DNA from: a candidate division WOR-3 bacterium
Lineage (GTDB): Bacteria > Hydrothermota > UBA3072
Reading direction: 5' to 3'
NCBI GenBank assembly: GCA_016930175.1
Contig: JAFGHJ010000013.1
Location: forward strand, 164,745-228,744
DNA length: 64,000 nt
The notes beneath the pieces are model-generated. The model was not told where the DNA came from, ran no database searches, and saw nothing but the letters and a program-made list of their open reading frames with translations. This document shows positions 51,779 to 61,400 of this stretch, one piece after another. How positions within the stretch are numbered: position 1 is the first letter of the stretch; every line of letters starts with the position of its first letter. Both the position numbers and the translations under genes were made by a program.

Positions 51779-52327
51779 ATGGAAGGAAGTTCGTTTTTTG
51801 ATACATGGGTTTTTTTATGGGTAATATTGCCTCTTTTGATATTTTTCTCAAGAGCAATAGATGTGTCTCTGGGTACTATACGTATAATCTTTGTGTCAAA
51901 GGGACAGCGGTTCCTGGCTTCACTATTAGGTTTTTTTGAAATTCTTGTTTGGATTATTGCTATTACCAAGATTATGCAGAATATAACGAATTTCTTTTAT
52001 TATATAGTCTATGCGGGAGGGTTTGCTGCGGGTATTTATTTTGGTGTACTTATCGAGGAGCGTATTGCCCTCGGGCTGGTTAGTATTCATGTTTTTACGG
52101 CTAAGGGCGCCAGCGAACTGCTTAAAAGACTCAGAGACAAGAATTATGGAGTAACCAGCAGAATTGCTCGCGGTGAGACGGGCAAAATAGATGAATTATT
52201 TACAGTTGTAAACAGGAAGAACCTTTCGTCTGTTTTGAGAATTCTAAGGGAATATGATAAAGAAGCCTTTATCTCGGTTGAGGATGTCAGGCTGGTCAGG
52301 GGTGGAATCTTTCCCCATCGATGTTAA
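51779..52327 (+). CDS. UPF0316/DUF2179 family membrane protein
   Basis: The start is reset to ATG 51779, preceded by AAAGGAG. N-terminal 3-TM region followed by a cytoplasmic DUF2179-like domain (…GVTSRIARGETGKIDELFTVV…). Confidence 0.6.
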   Translation: MEGSSFFDTWVFLWVILPLLIFFSRAIDVSLGTIRIIFVSKGQRFLASLLGFFEILVWIIAITKIMQNITNFFYYIVYAGGFAAGIYFGVLIEERIALGLVSIHVFTAKGASELLKRLRDKNYGVTSRIARGETGKIDELFTVVNRKNLSSVLRILREYDKEAFISVEDVRLVRGGIFPHRC

Positions 52328-52337
52328 AGCACAAAAT

Positions 52338-52425
52338 AAAATCTCACACAGAGCCACAGGGAACACAGAGAAAAATAATTATTTAAACCACGAAATACAC
52401 TAAACACACGAAACCCTACCACACC
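52338..52425. repeat. word-repeat intergenic element (CA-rich orientation)
   Basis: aaaatctcacacagagccacagggaacacagag, ccacgaaatacactaaacacacgaaaccctaccacacc. Further downstream is ctatttgactattgacaatttgactgtt (52485-52517). Confidence 0.7.
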
Positions 52426-52525
52426 GATTGATTTTATATTATTGAAAGAAAATACTAGAAATTCTTTAATAGTGTTTTTACAATCTAACTATTTGACTAT
52501 TGACAATTTGACTGTTCCGAAGGAA

Positions 52526-53884
52526 CTAAAGAGGTGGTTTTTTTATCAAACCTTCTCTAATTTGCAGTTCGGTTTGTTTTCTTGAGTTGCCGATTAATTC
52601 TTCTGCGTTTCGTCTTAATTCGCTTTCGCTTAATTTTATTCTTGCAATTCCCTGTTCGATTGCTTTAAGTCCTACTGCGACAGCTTCGTTTATAAAAACT
52701 TCCCATTCATCCATCGTTGGGACGATATAATCTTCTCTTAAACCTTTTCCCTCGGCAGTTTTTGCGACCGAGTAGGCTGCTGCTATTGTCATTTCATCTG
52801 TTATAGTTTTTGCGTTTACGTCGAGTGTTCCTCTGAATATACCGGGAAAACCGAGTGAATTATTTATTTGATTTTCGAAGTCTGAGCGTCCTGTTCCTAC
52901 TATTCTTGCTCCGGCTTCTTTCGCTTCCCATGGCCATATTTCCGGGACCGGATTTGCTACGGCAAAAACGATAGCGTCTTTATTCATTGCAGAAATCCAC
53001 TCTTTCTTGATTGTTCCGGGGACGGGTTTTGCAGCTGCTACCATAACATCCGTTCCTTTAATTGCTTCTTCAGTATCTAATTTTTTCTCATCTCCGTTTG
53101 TCCTGCAGGCAAGGTCCCATTTATATGGATTTTGTTTTTTGTTTTTTTCCAGATCCTCTCGACCTTTATGCAGAATTCCTTTACTGTCTGTTACTACAAC
53201 GTTTTTTTCTTTCGCTCCGGCTTTAAATAATATTCTGCAGAGTGCGACATTAGCTGCGCCCGCGCCTATAATCGAGAATTTTGTGTTTTCGATATCTTTT
53301 CCTACAATCTTTAATGCGTTAATAATACCTGCAAGTTCAATAGACGCGGTTCCCTGCTGGTCATCATGCCAGACGGGAATATCTATTTCTTCGCGAAGAC
53401 GGTCTAAAATGTAAAAGCATTTCGGATTTTCTATATCTTCAAGATTAATACCTCCGAAGGCAGGAGAGATTATTTTTGCTGTTTCAATGATTTTCTCGGC
53501 GTCTTTTGTGTCGAATACAATCGGAAAAGCACTTATACCGCCAAGATATTTGAATAGAAGACTTTTGCCTTCCATAACGGGCATACTTGCAAGAGGACCT
53601 ATATCTCCGAGTCCGAGAACTCTCGAGCCGTCTGAAATTATTGCCACATTGTTCCACTTGTTTGTTAATTTATAGGCAAGAGATGGGTCTTTGTTTATCA
53701 TTCTGCACGGTTCAGCAACCCCCGGGGTGTACCATATGCTGAAATCGTCCATGCTCGTTACGGAACATTTTAAAGAACTTTCGATTTTGCCCCGGTAATA
53801 CTCATGCCACTTCGGGGCAATTCTTTGAGGCTGTTCGGCTTTTTGTATTAATTTTTCGATTTCGTGATTCTTATTATCTGACAT
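52526..53884 (-). CDS. NAD(P)-dependent malic enzyme
   Basis: Malic enzyme N-terminal and NAD-binding domains (…SLAYKLTNKWNNVAIISDGSRVLGLGDIG…, …FSIIGAGAANVA…). Confidence 0.9.
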   Translation of the reverse strand: MSDNKNHEIEKLIQKAEQPQRIAPKWHEYYRGKIESSLKCSVTSMDDFSIWYTPGVAEPCRMINKDPSLAYKLTNKWNNVAIISDGSRVLGLGDIGPLASMPVMEGKSLLFKYLGGISAFPIVFDTKDAEKIIETAKIISPAFGGINLEDIENPKCFYILDRLREEIDIPVWHDDQQGTASIELAGIINALKIVGKDIENTKFSIIGAGAANVALCRILFKAGAKEKNVVVTDSKGILHKGREDLEKNKKQNPYKWDLACRTNGDEKKLDTEEAIKGTDVMVAAAKPVPGTIKKEWISAMNKDAIVFAVANPVPEIWPWEAKEAGARIVGTGRSDFENQINNSLGFPGIFRGTLDVNAKTITDEMTIAAAYSVAKTAEGKGLREDYIVPTMDEWEVFINEAVAVGLKAIEQGIARIKLSESELRRNAEELIGNSRKQTELQIREGLIKKPPL

Positions 53885-53902
53885 TTATTATCCCTTTCTT
53901 TT

Positions 53903-53930
53903 TTAGCCACGAAGGCACCAAGACACTAAG
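53903..53930. repeat. core copy TTAGCCACGAAGGCACCAAGACACTAAG abutting the GxxExxY gene stop codon
   Basis: Also present at 14649, at 18176 and, as the reverse complement, at 54461-54490. Confidence 0.7.
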
Positions 53931-53931
53931 A

Positions 53932-54324
53932 TTATAAAACATATCTTTTTATACCTTTTTTTATTAATGGTACATTAAAATTTATTGGAAATCCTAAGCG
54001 TTTGTTGGTTAGTTTTAAATGACTTAATATCTGCGCTTCCCATAAGGGGTTTATTTGATCTATTGCTTTTAATTCACATATAATTGCATCTTCTATTAGA
54101 ACATTTAAACGTAATCCTTCATCGAATTCAATTCCATCGTATGTTATTGGGATTGGAATTTGCCTTTTGAATTCAATTCCTCTTTTTGATAATTCGTGAC
54201 AAAAACATACTTCGTATACTTTTTCAAGTAAACCTGGACCTAATTCTTTATGAACCGTATAGGCAGAGTCAACTACTTTTTTTGCCAGCTTTTCTTCTTT
54301 ATCAGAAAGTGGTTTGAAACTCAT
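53932..54324 (-). CDS. GxxExxY protein (PD-(D/E)XK-like superfamily)
   Basis: Characteristic GPGLLEKVYEVCFCHEL motif and the family's typical about 130-aa length. Confidence 0.75.
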   Translation of the reverse strand: MSFKPLSDKEEKLAKKVVDSAYTVHKELGPGLLEKVYEVCFCHELSKRGIEFKRQIPIPITYDGIEFDEGLRLNVLIEDAIICELKAIDQINPLWEAQILSHLKLTNKRLGFPINFNVPLIKKGIKRYVL

Positions 54325-54330
54325 TTATTT

Positions 54331-54492
54331 TCTTTGTGCCTTAGTGTTTTTGTGTTTATCTTTGTATAGTAAAAAAATATTCGTGCTATTAGTGTAATTC
54401 CTTGTTTCTCTTTGTCTTGGGGTGTGTGTGGGGTTTTTAGCACAAATCATTTTTGTTGTTTCTCTTTGTGTCTTTGTGCCTTCGTGGCTACT
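54331..54492. repeat. word-repeat intergenic element (GT-rich orientation) overlapping the 3' end of the fumarate hydratase beta gene
   Basis: ctttgtgccttagtgtttttgtgtttatctttg, tctctttgtcttggggtgtgtgtgggg, tctctttgtgtctttgtgccttcgtggctac (rc GTAGCCACGAAGGCACAAAGACACAAAGAG). Confidence 0.75.
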
Positions 54493-55046
54493 TTTTCTTT
54501 TTTTTCATAAAAACTGTTTCCCTTCGCGTCCATTGTTACAATAAGAGGGCCGAATTTTTCGATTCTTAGTATCCAGACCGCTTCGGGTATTCCGAGTTCT
54601 TCAAGAAAATAGACATTCTCGACTTTTTTTATTGATTTTGCCGCGAGAGCGCCTGCTCCGCCTGTAAAATGGACGTATACTGCTCCGGCTTTTTTAAGTG
54701 CTTTTAGTGTTTCTCTCCCCATTCCGCCTTTACCAATGATCATTTTTACTCCAAATAATGATAAGAATTCCTTTTCAAAACTTTCCATTCTCGCAGAAGT
54801 TGTAGGTCCGGCTGAAACTATAGCCCATTTATTTTTTTCTTTGCGGGCAACAGGACCCGCGTGATAGAGGACCATTTCCTTCGGGCTAAAGGGTATTTTT
54901 TTTGCTTTCTTTTTTAGCTCGATCATTTTCTTGTGTGCCTGGTCTCTCGCGGTGAATAATTTGCCGGATAAAAAAACTGTGTCTCCAATGGATAATTTTT
55001 TTATATCTTTTGCTGATAATGGTGTTTGAAGATGTATTTCTCTCAT
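54447..55046 (-). CDS. class I fumarate hydratase / Fe-S hydro-lyase beta subunit
   Basis: FumA C-terminal-type domain (…GKLFTARDQAHKKM…GPVARKE…). The last about 15 codons (…VATKAQRHKEKQQK) are encoded by the repeat element. Confidence 0.8.
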   Translation of the reverse strand: MREIHLQTPLSAKDIKKLSIGDTVFLSGKLFTARDQAHKKMIELKKKAKKIPFSPKEMVLYHAGPVARKEKNKWAIVSAGPTTSARMESFEKEFLSLFGVKMIIGKGGMGRETLKALKKAGAVYVHFTGGAGALAAKSIKKVENVYFLEELGIPEAVWILRIEKFGPLIVTMDAKGNSFYEKKEKVATKAQRHKEKQQK

Positions 55047-55916
55047 TTATATAACTTTTATTGAGCCATTTTTTTCAAATTTAATTACTTTTCTTCTATT
55101 TGCCCAGCATTGCAAGACTAATCCTACCGGGAAAGATGCAGGATGACGATGGGCGTATTCAATGTGTACGTCAAGAACCGTGGTAGCTCCTCCCATTCCC
55201 ATTGGCCCGATTCCGGTTTTATTTATTAGTTCAAATAATTCTTTTTCCATTTTTGCAACTTTTTTTTCTCTGTGGGGTTCTCCGATTTTGCGTAAGAGGG
55301 ATTTCTTGGCGAGCTGCATACATATATCTGCGCCCCCTCCGATACCTATCCCTGCGATGGTTGGAGGACAGGGTTGTCCCCCTGCGTTTATTATATGCTC
55401 TACGATGAGTTTTTTTGCTTTATCGAACCCTTCGGCTGAATTGAGCATCCATAAAGCGCTCATATTCTCGGATCCGCCTCCTTTGGGTAAAATGTGAATG
55501 ATACATTCACTGCCTTTAACCATATCCCAGCTTATATAGGGAATATTTCTTCCCAGATTGTCACCAGAATTTTCACCTGTAAAAGGATTAACGGTATTGG
55601 GGCGAAGAGGAGTTTCTTTTGTTGCTCTTTTTACAGCGTTTTCAAGCATTTTCTTTAAGTCGGCGAGATATTTGAATTCGGTGCCAGCCTGGATGTAAAA
55701 TGTCATTATACCTGTATCCTGACACATTGGTATTCCTTCTTTTGAAGCGATTTTTATATTTTCGAGGATTGCTTCCATCTGAATTTTGGCAAGACCTTTT
55801 TCTATGTACGCTGCATTTTTTAAAGCTTTTATAACATCCTTCGGCAGTTCTGTCTCAGCTTTCTCGATTGCTTCTATAAGGATTTCTTCTATATTTTTTT
55901 TGCTTATTTTTGCCAT
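55047..55916 (-). CDS. class I fumarate hydratase / Fe-S hydro-lyase alpha subunit
   Basis: Fe-S hydro-lyase alpha domain with Cys ligands (…PMCQDTGIMTFY…, …GGQPCPP…). Confidence 0.8.
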   Translation of the reverse strand: MAKISKKNIEEILIEAIEKAETELPKDVIKALKNAAYIEKGLAKIQMEAILENIKIASKEGIPMCQDTGIMTFYIQAGTEFKYLADLKKMLENAVKRATKETPLRPNTVNPFTGENSGDNLGRNIPYISWDMVKGSECIIHILPKGGGSENMSALWMLNSAEGFDKAKKLIVEHIINAGGQPCPPTIAGIGIGGGADICMQLAKKSLLRKIGEPHREKKVAKMEKELFELINKTGIGPMGMGGATTVLDVHIEYAHRHPASFPVGLVLQCWANRRKVIKFEKNGSIKVI

Positions 55917-55983
55917 CTTATTTACAGTATACAGAGTAATGTATTTGCACGGAAAGTCAATAAGTTTTTTGGGGAAAGATATT

Positions 55984-58398
55984 TTATTTAACAGTGAAAT
56001 TGATATTGCTGGATGTATTATTATCTTTATCCGATATAGCGGTAAGACAGTATTCCCCTGGTTTGATTTGCCAGAGAAAACTGTGTTCCTTAAAGGTTTC
56101 AGTTAGTGGTTTTTCGTTTAAAAACCAGTTTACTGTTTCTTCTTTCTCTGTGGTTGTAAGTTCTATTTTTATAGATTGATATTCGGGTTTTACATTGGAT
56201 AATCGATAAAATATCGCTCCCTGTTGGGGCTTTATTATTTTAAATCTTTCTTCCTTTTTTATTTCACTGGCGGGATTTTTTGCCTCGAAACCTTCTGCCC
56301 ATTCTTCATATCTCTCCGGTAATACCGTATGGATTTTGCCTTTAATATGAGTATGCATATCGCAACTATCTTTGTAATATGAGGCAAGGTTCTCTTTGGG
56401 TATTATTTCTTCGATTGTAGAGGGACAACTATGATTCGGTTTTTTACCCGATAGGGGACAAATAGGTACCAAAGTGAGTTCTTCAGGTAAAGGTTCTTTT
56501 TCGGGATAGTCTTTTTTGCTGTAAAGTAAATGCATTATATTGGCGAATAGGGGTCCGGCTCCGGAAACACCTGAAACTTTTTGCATTGGAGTATGATCGA
56601 AGTTACCAACCCAGACAGCAAGAGTATAATCTTTGGTAAAGCCTATTGTCCAGTTGTCGCAAAAGCGGAACGAGGTTCCGGTTTTTGCGGCGCAGGGGAA
56701 AGGGAAATTAAGTACGGAGAAAAAACCGAATTCGGAGGTACGGGCAAATCTGTCACTTAAAATATCGGTTATCAAATAATTCAATTCGGGTTTAGAGATG
56801 GTTTTTTCCCTTTCTGAGTTTTTCTTTTCTTTTCCGTCAATTTCAATAATTTCTTTAATTGGAATAAAATTCCCGGAGCGAGCGATACACATATAAGCTC
56901 TTGCCAGTTCAAACAGAGATACTTCGCCTCCTCCGAGTACGAGCCCTACGCCGTAATAATCGGCATTTCTGTCCAGAGAATTAAATTCGTACTCTTTTAA
57001 ACGTGACAGGAATTTATCTATGCCTGTTTCGGCGAGAACCCTTACTGCCGGTACATTTAAAGAATTTGCCAGAGCTTCTCTTAATCTTACGGGACCGTAG
57101 AAATCTTCGGAATAGTTCTTTGGACAGTATATACCTGTGGGCATCTTGTAATAAGTCGGTATGTCCGAAACTATCGTGCTGGGTGTCAGACCGTCTTCGA
57201 AAACTAATAGATAAAGGAAAGGTTTTAACGTGGAGCCGGGTTGCCGCAAAGCTCTTACCCCATCGTTTTCGCCTTCGTTTTCTGTATTGAAAAAATCTGC
57301 TGACCCTGTATATGCGAGTACTTCACCTGTTGCGTTATCAAGTAATATGACAGCCGCGTTGGTAACGTTAAAGGGCTTGAGAGCCTTTACGACTCTACTG
57401 GTTTGCTCCAGAACGATTTTCTGCAAATCACGGTCAATCGTTACTTTGACATTCTGTACCTCTTCCGGTAATGTTTTCATCAGTGTAAAAACAAAATGAG
57501 GTGCAAGAAAGGACGCTGTTTGAGGTCTTAAGGAAATATCTTCTTTGAATATTCTGTCGATTCTTTCTTTTCCTATGAGATTTTGTTCTTCCATCTTTTC
57601 AAGAACATATTTTTGTCGTCTCTTGATTTCTTCCAGGTTATTGTAGGGGTTTAAGCGGGTTGGTGAATTGGGAATGGAAGCCAGGAAAGAAGCCTGTGCA
57701 AGAGTTAAATCCGAAGGAGATATTCCGAAGTAAGCCTTTGAGGCTCCTTCTATACCGTAAAGATTTCCTCCCATCGGTATTCGGTTTATGTATGATTCGA
57801 GGATTTTTTCTTTACTTAAACCTGCTTCAAGACGGTAAGCAAAATACGCTTCTTTTATCTTTTTTAGTAGTGTTCGCTCTCCCGGTCTCATCATTCGCGC
57901 AAGCTGAAGGGTTATCGTTGAAGCACCTGATACGATTTTTCGTTCTTTAAAATTTTGCCAGGCTGCCCTAATTATAGCCTTGTAGTCAATCCCGTTGTGG
58001 TAATAAAAATCTTTATCTTCGGAAGCTATAAGTGCTTTTATGAAGTAAGGAGATACTTGATTTAGAGCGGTGTGTATTGAGCGGCTCGAATTTTCCGACA
58101 AGACCTCCTGAAGCAATCTTCCGTCACGGTCGAAGAATTTTACAGAATGAAAACTTTCTCTCTGTAAGTCTTTTTCGGTGATTGGAACGAGATAGGGTGT
58201 AAGTCGAAACGCAAGTATAAATAAGATTATTGAACCCCGGAAGCTCTTTAGGGCTTTTTTATTATTTAACTTAAGCTTGATTTTTTTGAAAAAAAAACCA
58301 CAGAGCCCACCTTTCGCAACCCAGAATTTTTTAACCGCAGAGAGCGCAGAGCTTTTTGTTTCTCTCTGTGTTATCAGTGTTTTTTTCTTTTTTGACAC
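55984..58398 (-). CDS. pbpC: penicillin-binding protein 1C (bifunctional GT51 transglycosylase / transpeptidase)
   Basis: GT51 motifs EDKDFYYHNG and GASTITLQLAR. Transpeptidase STLKP, SxN and KTG (AAKTGTS). C-terminal PBP1C-specific domain. N-terminal about 35 residues are encoded by the repeat element, so the exact start is uncertain. Confidence 0.85.
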   Translation of the reverse strand: MSKKKKTLITQRETKSSALSAVKKFWVAKGGLCGFFFKKIKLKLNNKKALKSFRGSIILFILAFRLTPYLVPITEKDLQRESFHSVKFFDRDGRLLQEVLSENSSRSIHTALNQVSPYFIKALIASEDKDFYYHNGIDYKAIIRAAWQNFKERKIVSGASTITLQLARMMRPGERTLLKKIKEAYFAYRLEAGLSKEKILESYINRIPMGGNLYGIEGASKAYFGISPSDLTLAQASFLASIPNSPTRLNPYNNLEEIKRRQKYVLEKMEEQNLIGKERIDRIFKEDISLRPQTASFLAPHFVFTLMKTLPEEVQNVKVTIDRDLQKIVLEQTSRVVKALKPFNVTNAAVILLDNATGEVLAYTGSADFFNTENEGENDGVRALRQPGSTLKPFLYLLVFEDGLTPSTIVSDIPTYYKMPTGIYCPKNYSEDFYGPVRLREALANSLNVPAVRVLAETGIDKFLSRLKEYEFNSLDRNADYYGVGLVLGGGEVSLFELARAYMCIARSGNFIPIKEIIEIDGKEKKNSEREKTISKPELNYLITDILSDRFARTSEFGFFSVLNFPFPCAAKTGTSFRFCDNWTIGFTKDYTLAVWVGNFDHTPMQKVSGVSGAGPLFANIMHLLYSKKDYPEKEPLPEELTLVPICPLSGKKPNHSCPSTIEEIIPKENLASYYKDSCDMHTHIKGKIHTVLPERYEEWAEGFEAKNPASEIKKEERFKIIKPQQGAIFYRLSNVKPEYQSIKIELTTTEKEETVNWFLNEKPLTETFKEHSFLWQIKPGEYCLTAISDKDNNTSSNINFTVK

Positions 58399-58425
58399 AA
58401 TTTTTCTCTGTGTCCTATGTTGTTA
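58297..58425. repeat. word-repeat element spanning the A2M-pbpC junction and the pbpC 5' end
   Basis: ccacagagcccacc, ccgcagagagcgcagagc, ctctctgtgttatcagtg, ctctgtgtcctatg. Both orientations are present. Confidence 0.7.
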
Positions 58426-58438
58426 AATTTTATATTTT

Positions 58439-61400
58439 TCATTCATTCAATATTTTTATAAATCCCTCGCTGCTTGTACCGAACTGCTCGGGTTCGTACA
58501 TCAGGCTAACCTTCGAACAGGGCCATAAAAAGTAGCCTGATGTTGTTGCTCTCAGCAGATATTTATACTTATATATTCCAGGTTTAACCATATCGGAGAA
58601 AAGAGCGACCCTGTCGTCTCTCAGTTCGGTGTGATTTATTGGATTCCAGGAGCCTCCTATTGTGGTTCTTTCCTGTGAGTCGATATCATATCTTGTTGAA
58701 GTTGTTACGAGCGAAGCGTCGATCGCTTCAAGTCCTGACGGAATAGGATCGTCTATTACGAGGTGGTAGGAAGTTTGTTTAACTTTAAATTCAAGTTCTA
58801 CTTCAAGAACATCTCCGGCTTTTATGTTGACAGGTACAAGCGGCTTATTTTCGTATTCGGCGATGAGCTTACCGGTGTCTTTGTTTCTTACTGTTCTTTT
58901 TATTGTAAGACCTTCATTCCTTGAGGCTTGCGCCCCTTTTAATCTGTATGAGTATGACAGTACATAGTATAAATATCCGCTTCCTTTTTTAGAAAGCTCA
59001 ATTTTAGCCAGACCTTCAGGTAGCTTAGCGATGGGAATGAATTCTTCGAAAGGTTTATACTGGTGTCCTTTGAACATATGCGTAAGTATTTTTTCTCCCG
59101 CTATAAACAAATCCGCCGAGTACTTAGGAGGTTCCGCTTCTCTCTTAAGTGATATTTCTACAAGAGCGTCCATGGCTTTTGCGTTTTCGTATGTATATCT
59201 CCATCTTCCGTTTTTTCTTGCATTGAGCATATAACGAGCGAATTTCGATATAAATTCGCTTTCAGGCTCCATTTCTAAGAAGAGTTTGGTCGCATCGGCT
59301 GTGGTGATTATCGGTGAGTACATGAATAACCATGATGGAGGTAAATCTTTTGGACTTTCGAAGTGTGCGGTTTGCGCCGTGACGAACATTCCGTTTTTTA
59401 TCTCTTTTAATAATGTCTGGGCTTCTTTTTCCCATCTTCCGGATTTGTAAAGCAGAAAGGCAAGAGAAATTTGTGCGCCGAAGCTTAATTCATTTCTACG
59501 ATTGAAGTATTCCTCGAAGTAAGTTTCATCGTTTTTGTCCAGATAATGCATCCCGAGTAAGATGTTGATTCTGTACTCCGCCAGTGCTTTCCAGCTGAAG
59601 AAAGGATAGCAGGGATTTCTCAGAGTGTATTCGAGAAAATTAAGAAGCTCGTTCTTTGCATCATCAGGAATCTTATATCCTAAATCTTCACATCTTTTGA
59701 AAAGATATGCGACATACGGCGAGAGATAACAATCGGAACGCCAGCTCGTTGGCCAGAATTTGAATCCGCCGTCGGAATTTTGCATCAATAGAATTTTTCT
59801 TATGTTTGCCTCTATTACTTTATCAACCGGTTTTACTGCTTCGAGTTCAAAGGAGTATTTGTCGGAAAGAAATTTGAGTTGAACGAGTGCCAGTAGTCTG
59901 CTTGAAGTTTGTTCCAAACATCCGTACGGGTATTCAACAAGGTATTTTGCTCCTTCGCCGATATTTGTCAGGGCTGTACTGGAAAGCGTGACCTCTAATC
60001 CGCCCATATCTTTTCTTACGCTTTCGTCGACCTTTATAGCCTGTTCGGCTTCTTCTTTTGTTTCTCCGACCGCTACTACGGTTTCAGTGGCAAGCAATTC
60101 CTTTACCATTAGAGTTGTTTGAACTGCGTCGGATTCTTTTATTTTTTCTCCGCCGAAGGTACCAGTAAAGTATGCCGTGAATTTTAATGTCGATTCCCCT
60201 TTACAAGCGGCTTTAAAGGGGAATAGAATCGTTGTTGATTGTCCTGATTTTATTGCGGTCTCACTTGTTTGGGCTTCATTTTGATTGAGTATTATTGACT
60301 CACCAGAGAGTTCGGCTGATACTTTAACGACACCTTCTCCTTCCGTTGAGTTGGTAATTGCGACTCCTGAGTTGAATTCATCGCCTATTCTGGCAAATCT
60401 TGGCAGGATAGGACGAAGGACGAAAGGTTGTGTGGCAACGACTTTTTCGTCCTTGTAACCGAATAAGTCGTTTTCTCCTATTGATACGACCATTATTCTC
60501 CATGTCGTCAGGTTGTCGGGTAATTTAAAACTGAAATGAGCCTGACCGTTTTTGTCGGTTACGAGGTGTGGATTATAGTAAGCCAATTTCAAGAACTTCT
60601 TTCTTACCATCGGTCCGCCTACCATTCTTTCTGCTCCTCCGCCATAGCCGTAACCTTTCTGCAGCAATTCTTCTTTTGTTATTATAAAGGGCCGATTGTC
60701 TGTGATTCTCGCAGAAAGCCCTCTGTGTGCATATACTATTTGTACAAGGTCGGGCGGAGTATATCCGGTCAAGGAGAGTACGGCTTCATCGACTATCATA
60801 ACCGTTAATTCACTTCTATGCCCCTTTCTATCAGTTCGAGTTACTTTAATATCGACATTTAATTCCTCTGCAGGTCTGAGTTTCTTACTCGATGGAGTAA
60901 TTTCGACCTGCAGGTATTTGTCTGATATCGAGACATTAAAATCTTTAAATCCGATTTTCTCCATGTGTTTTCCCGTTTCTTCCTCCACGGGAACGATTGC
61001 CTCTCCCAGCCGGTAAAGCACGGCTCCCACGTAAGCGTTCGGCAGCATATCTTCGGTTACAACAAAATTATAGGTAAAGCCGCCTCCTTTTATTTTTTTA
61101 GAGTCCTTAAGTAAAATCTTTTCCCGGCAGACTGTTATGAATAGTTCCGCCTCCGGAAAAGGTGATTTAATGAAAGCTTTTACTGTATCTCCGACTTTAT
61201 ATTCATCCTTATCCATAATGATTTCCAGTTTGTCTTCACCGGTTTCTTCCCATGGAACATAACTTTCTCCCGCCACCCATACAGAAGCCGCGGCAGCAGT
61301 ACCGCTGTTAGGGTTTTCTGTTAGTTCGGCAAGAACAAAATATGAACCGGCTTCTTCGGGTGAAAATGTAAATTCTCTCGGTGTGATGGTGCTTATTATT

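Noticed and set aside
52514-52544. Hairpin gttccgaaggaac plus T-run as a terminator after the UPF0316 gene
   Set aside because: The T-run and half of the stem lie inside the last codons (KKPPL) of the convergent malic enzyme gene. The stem is only 5 bp.
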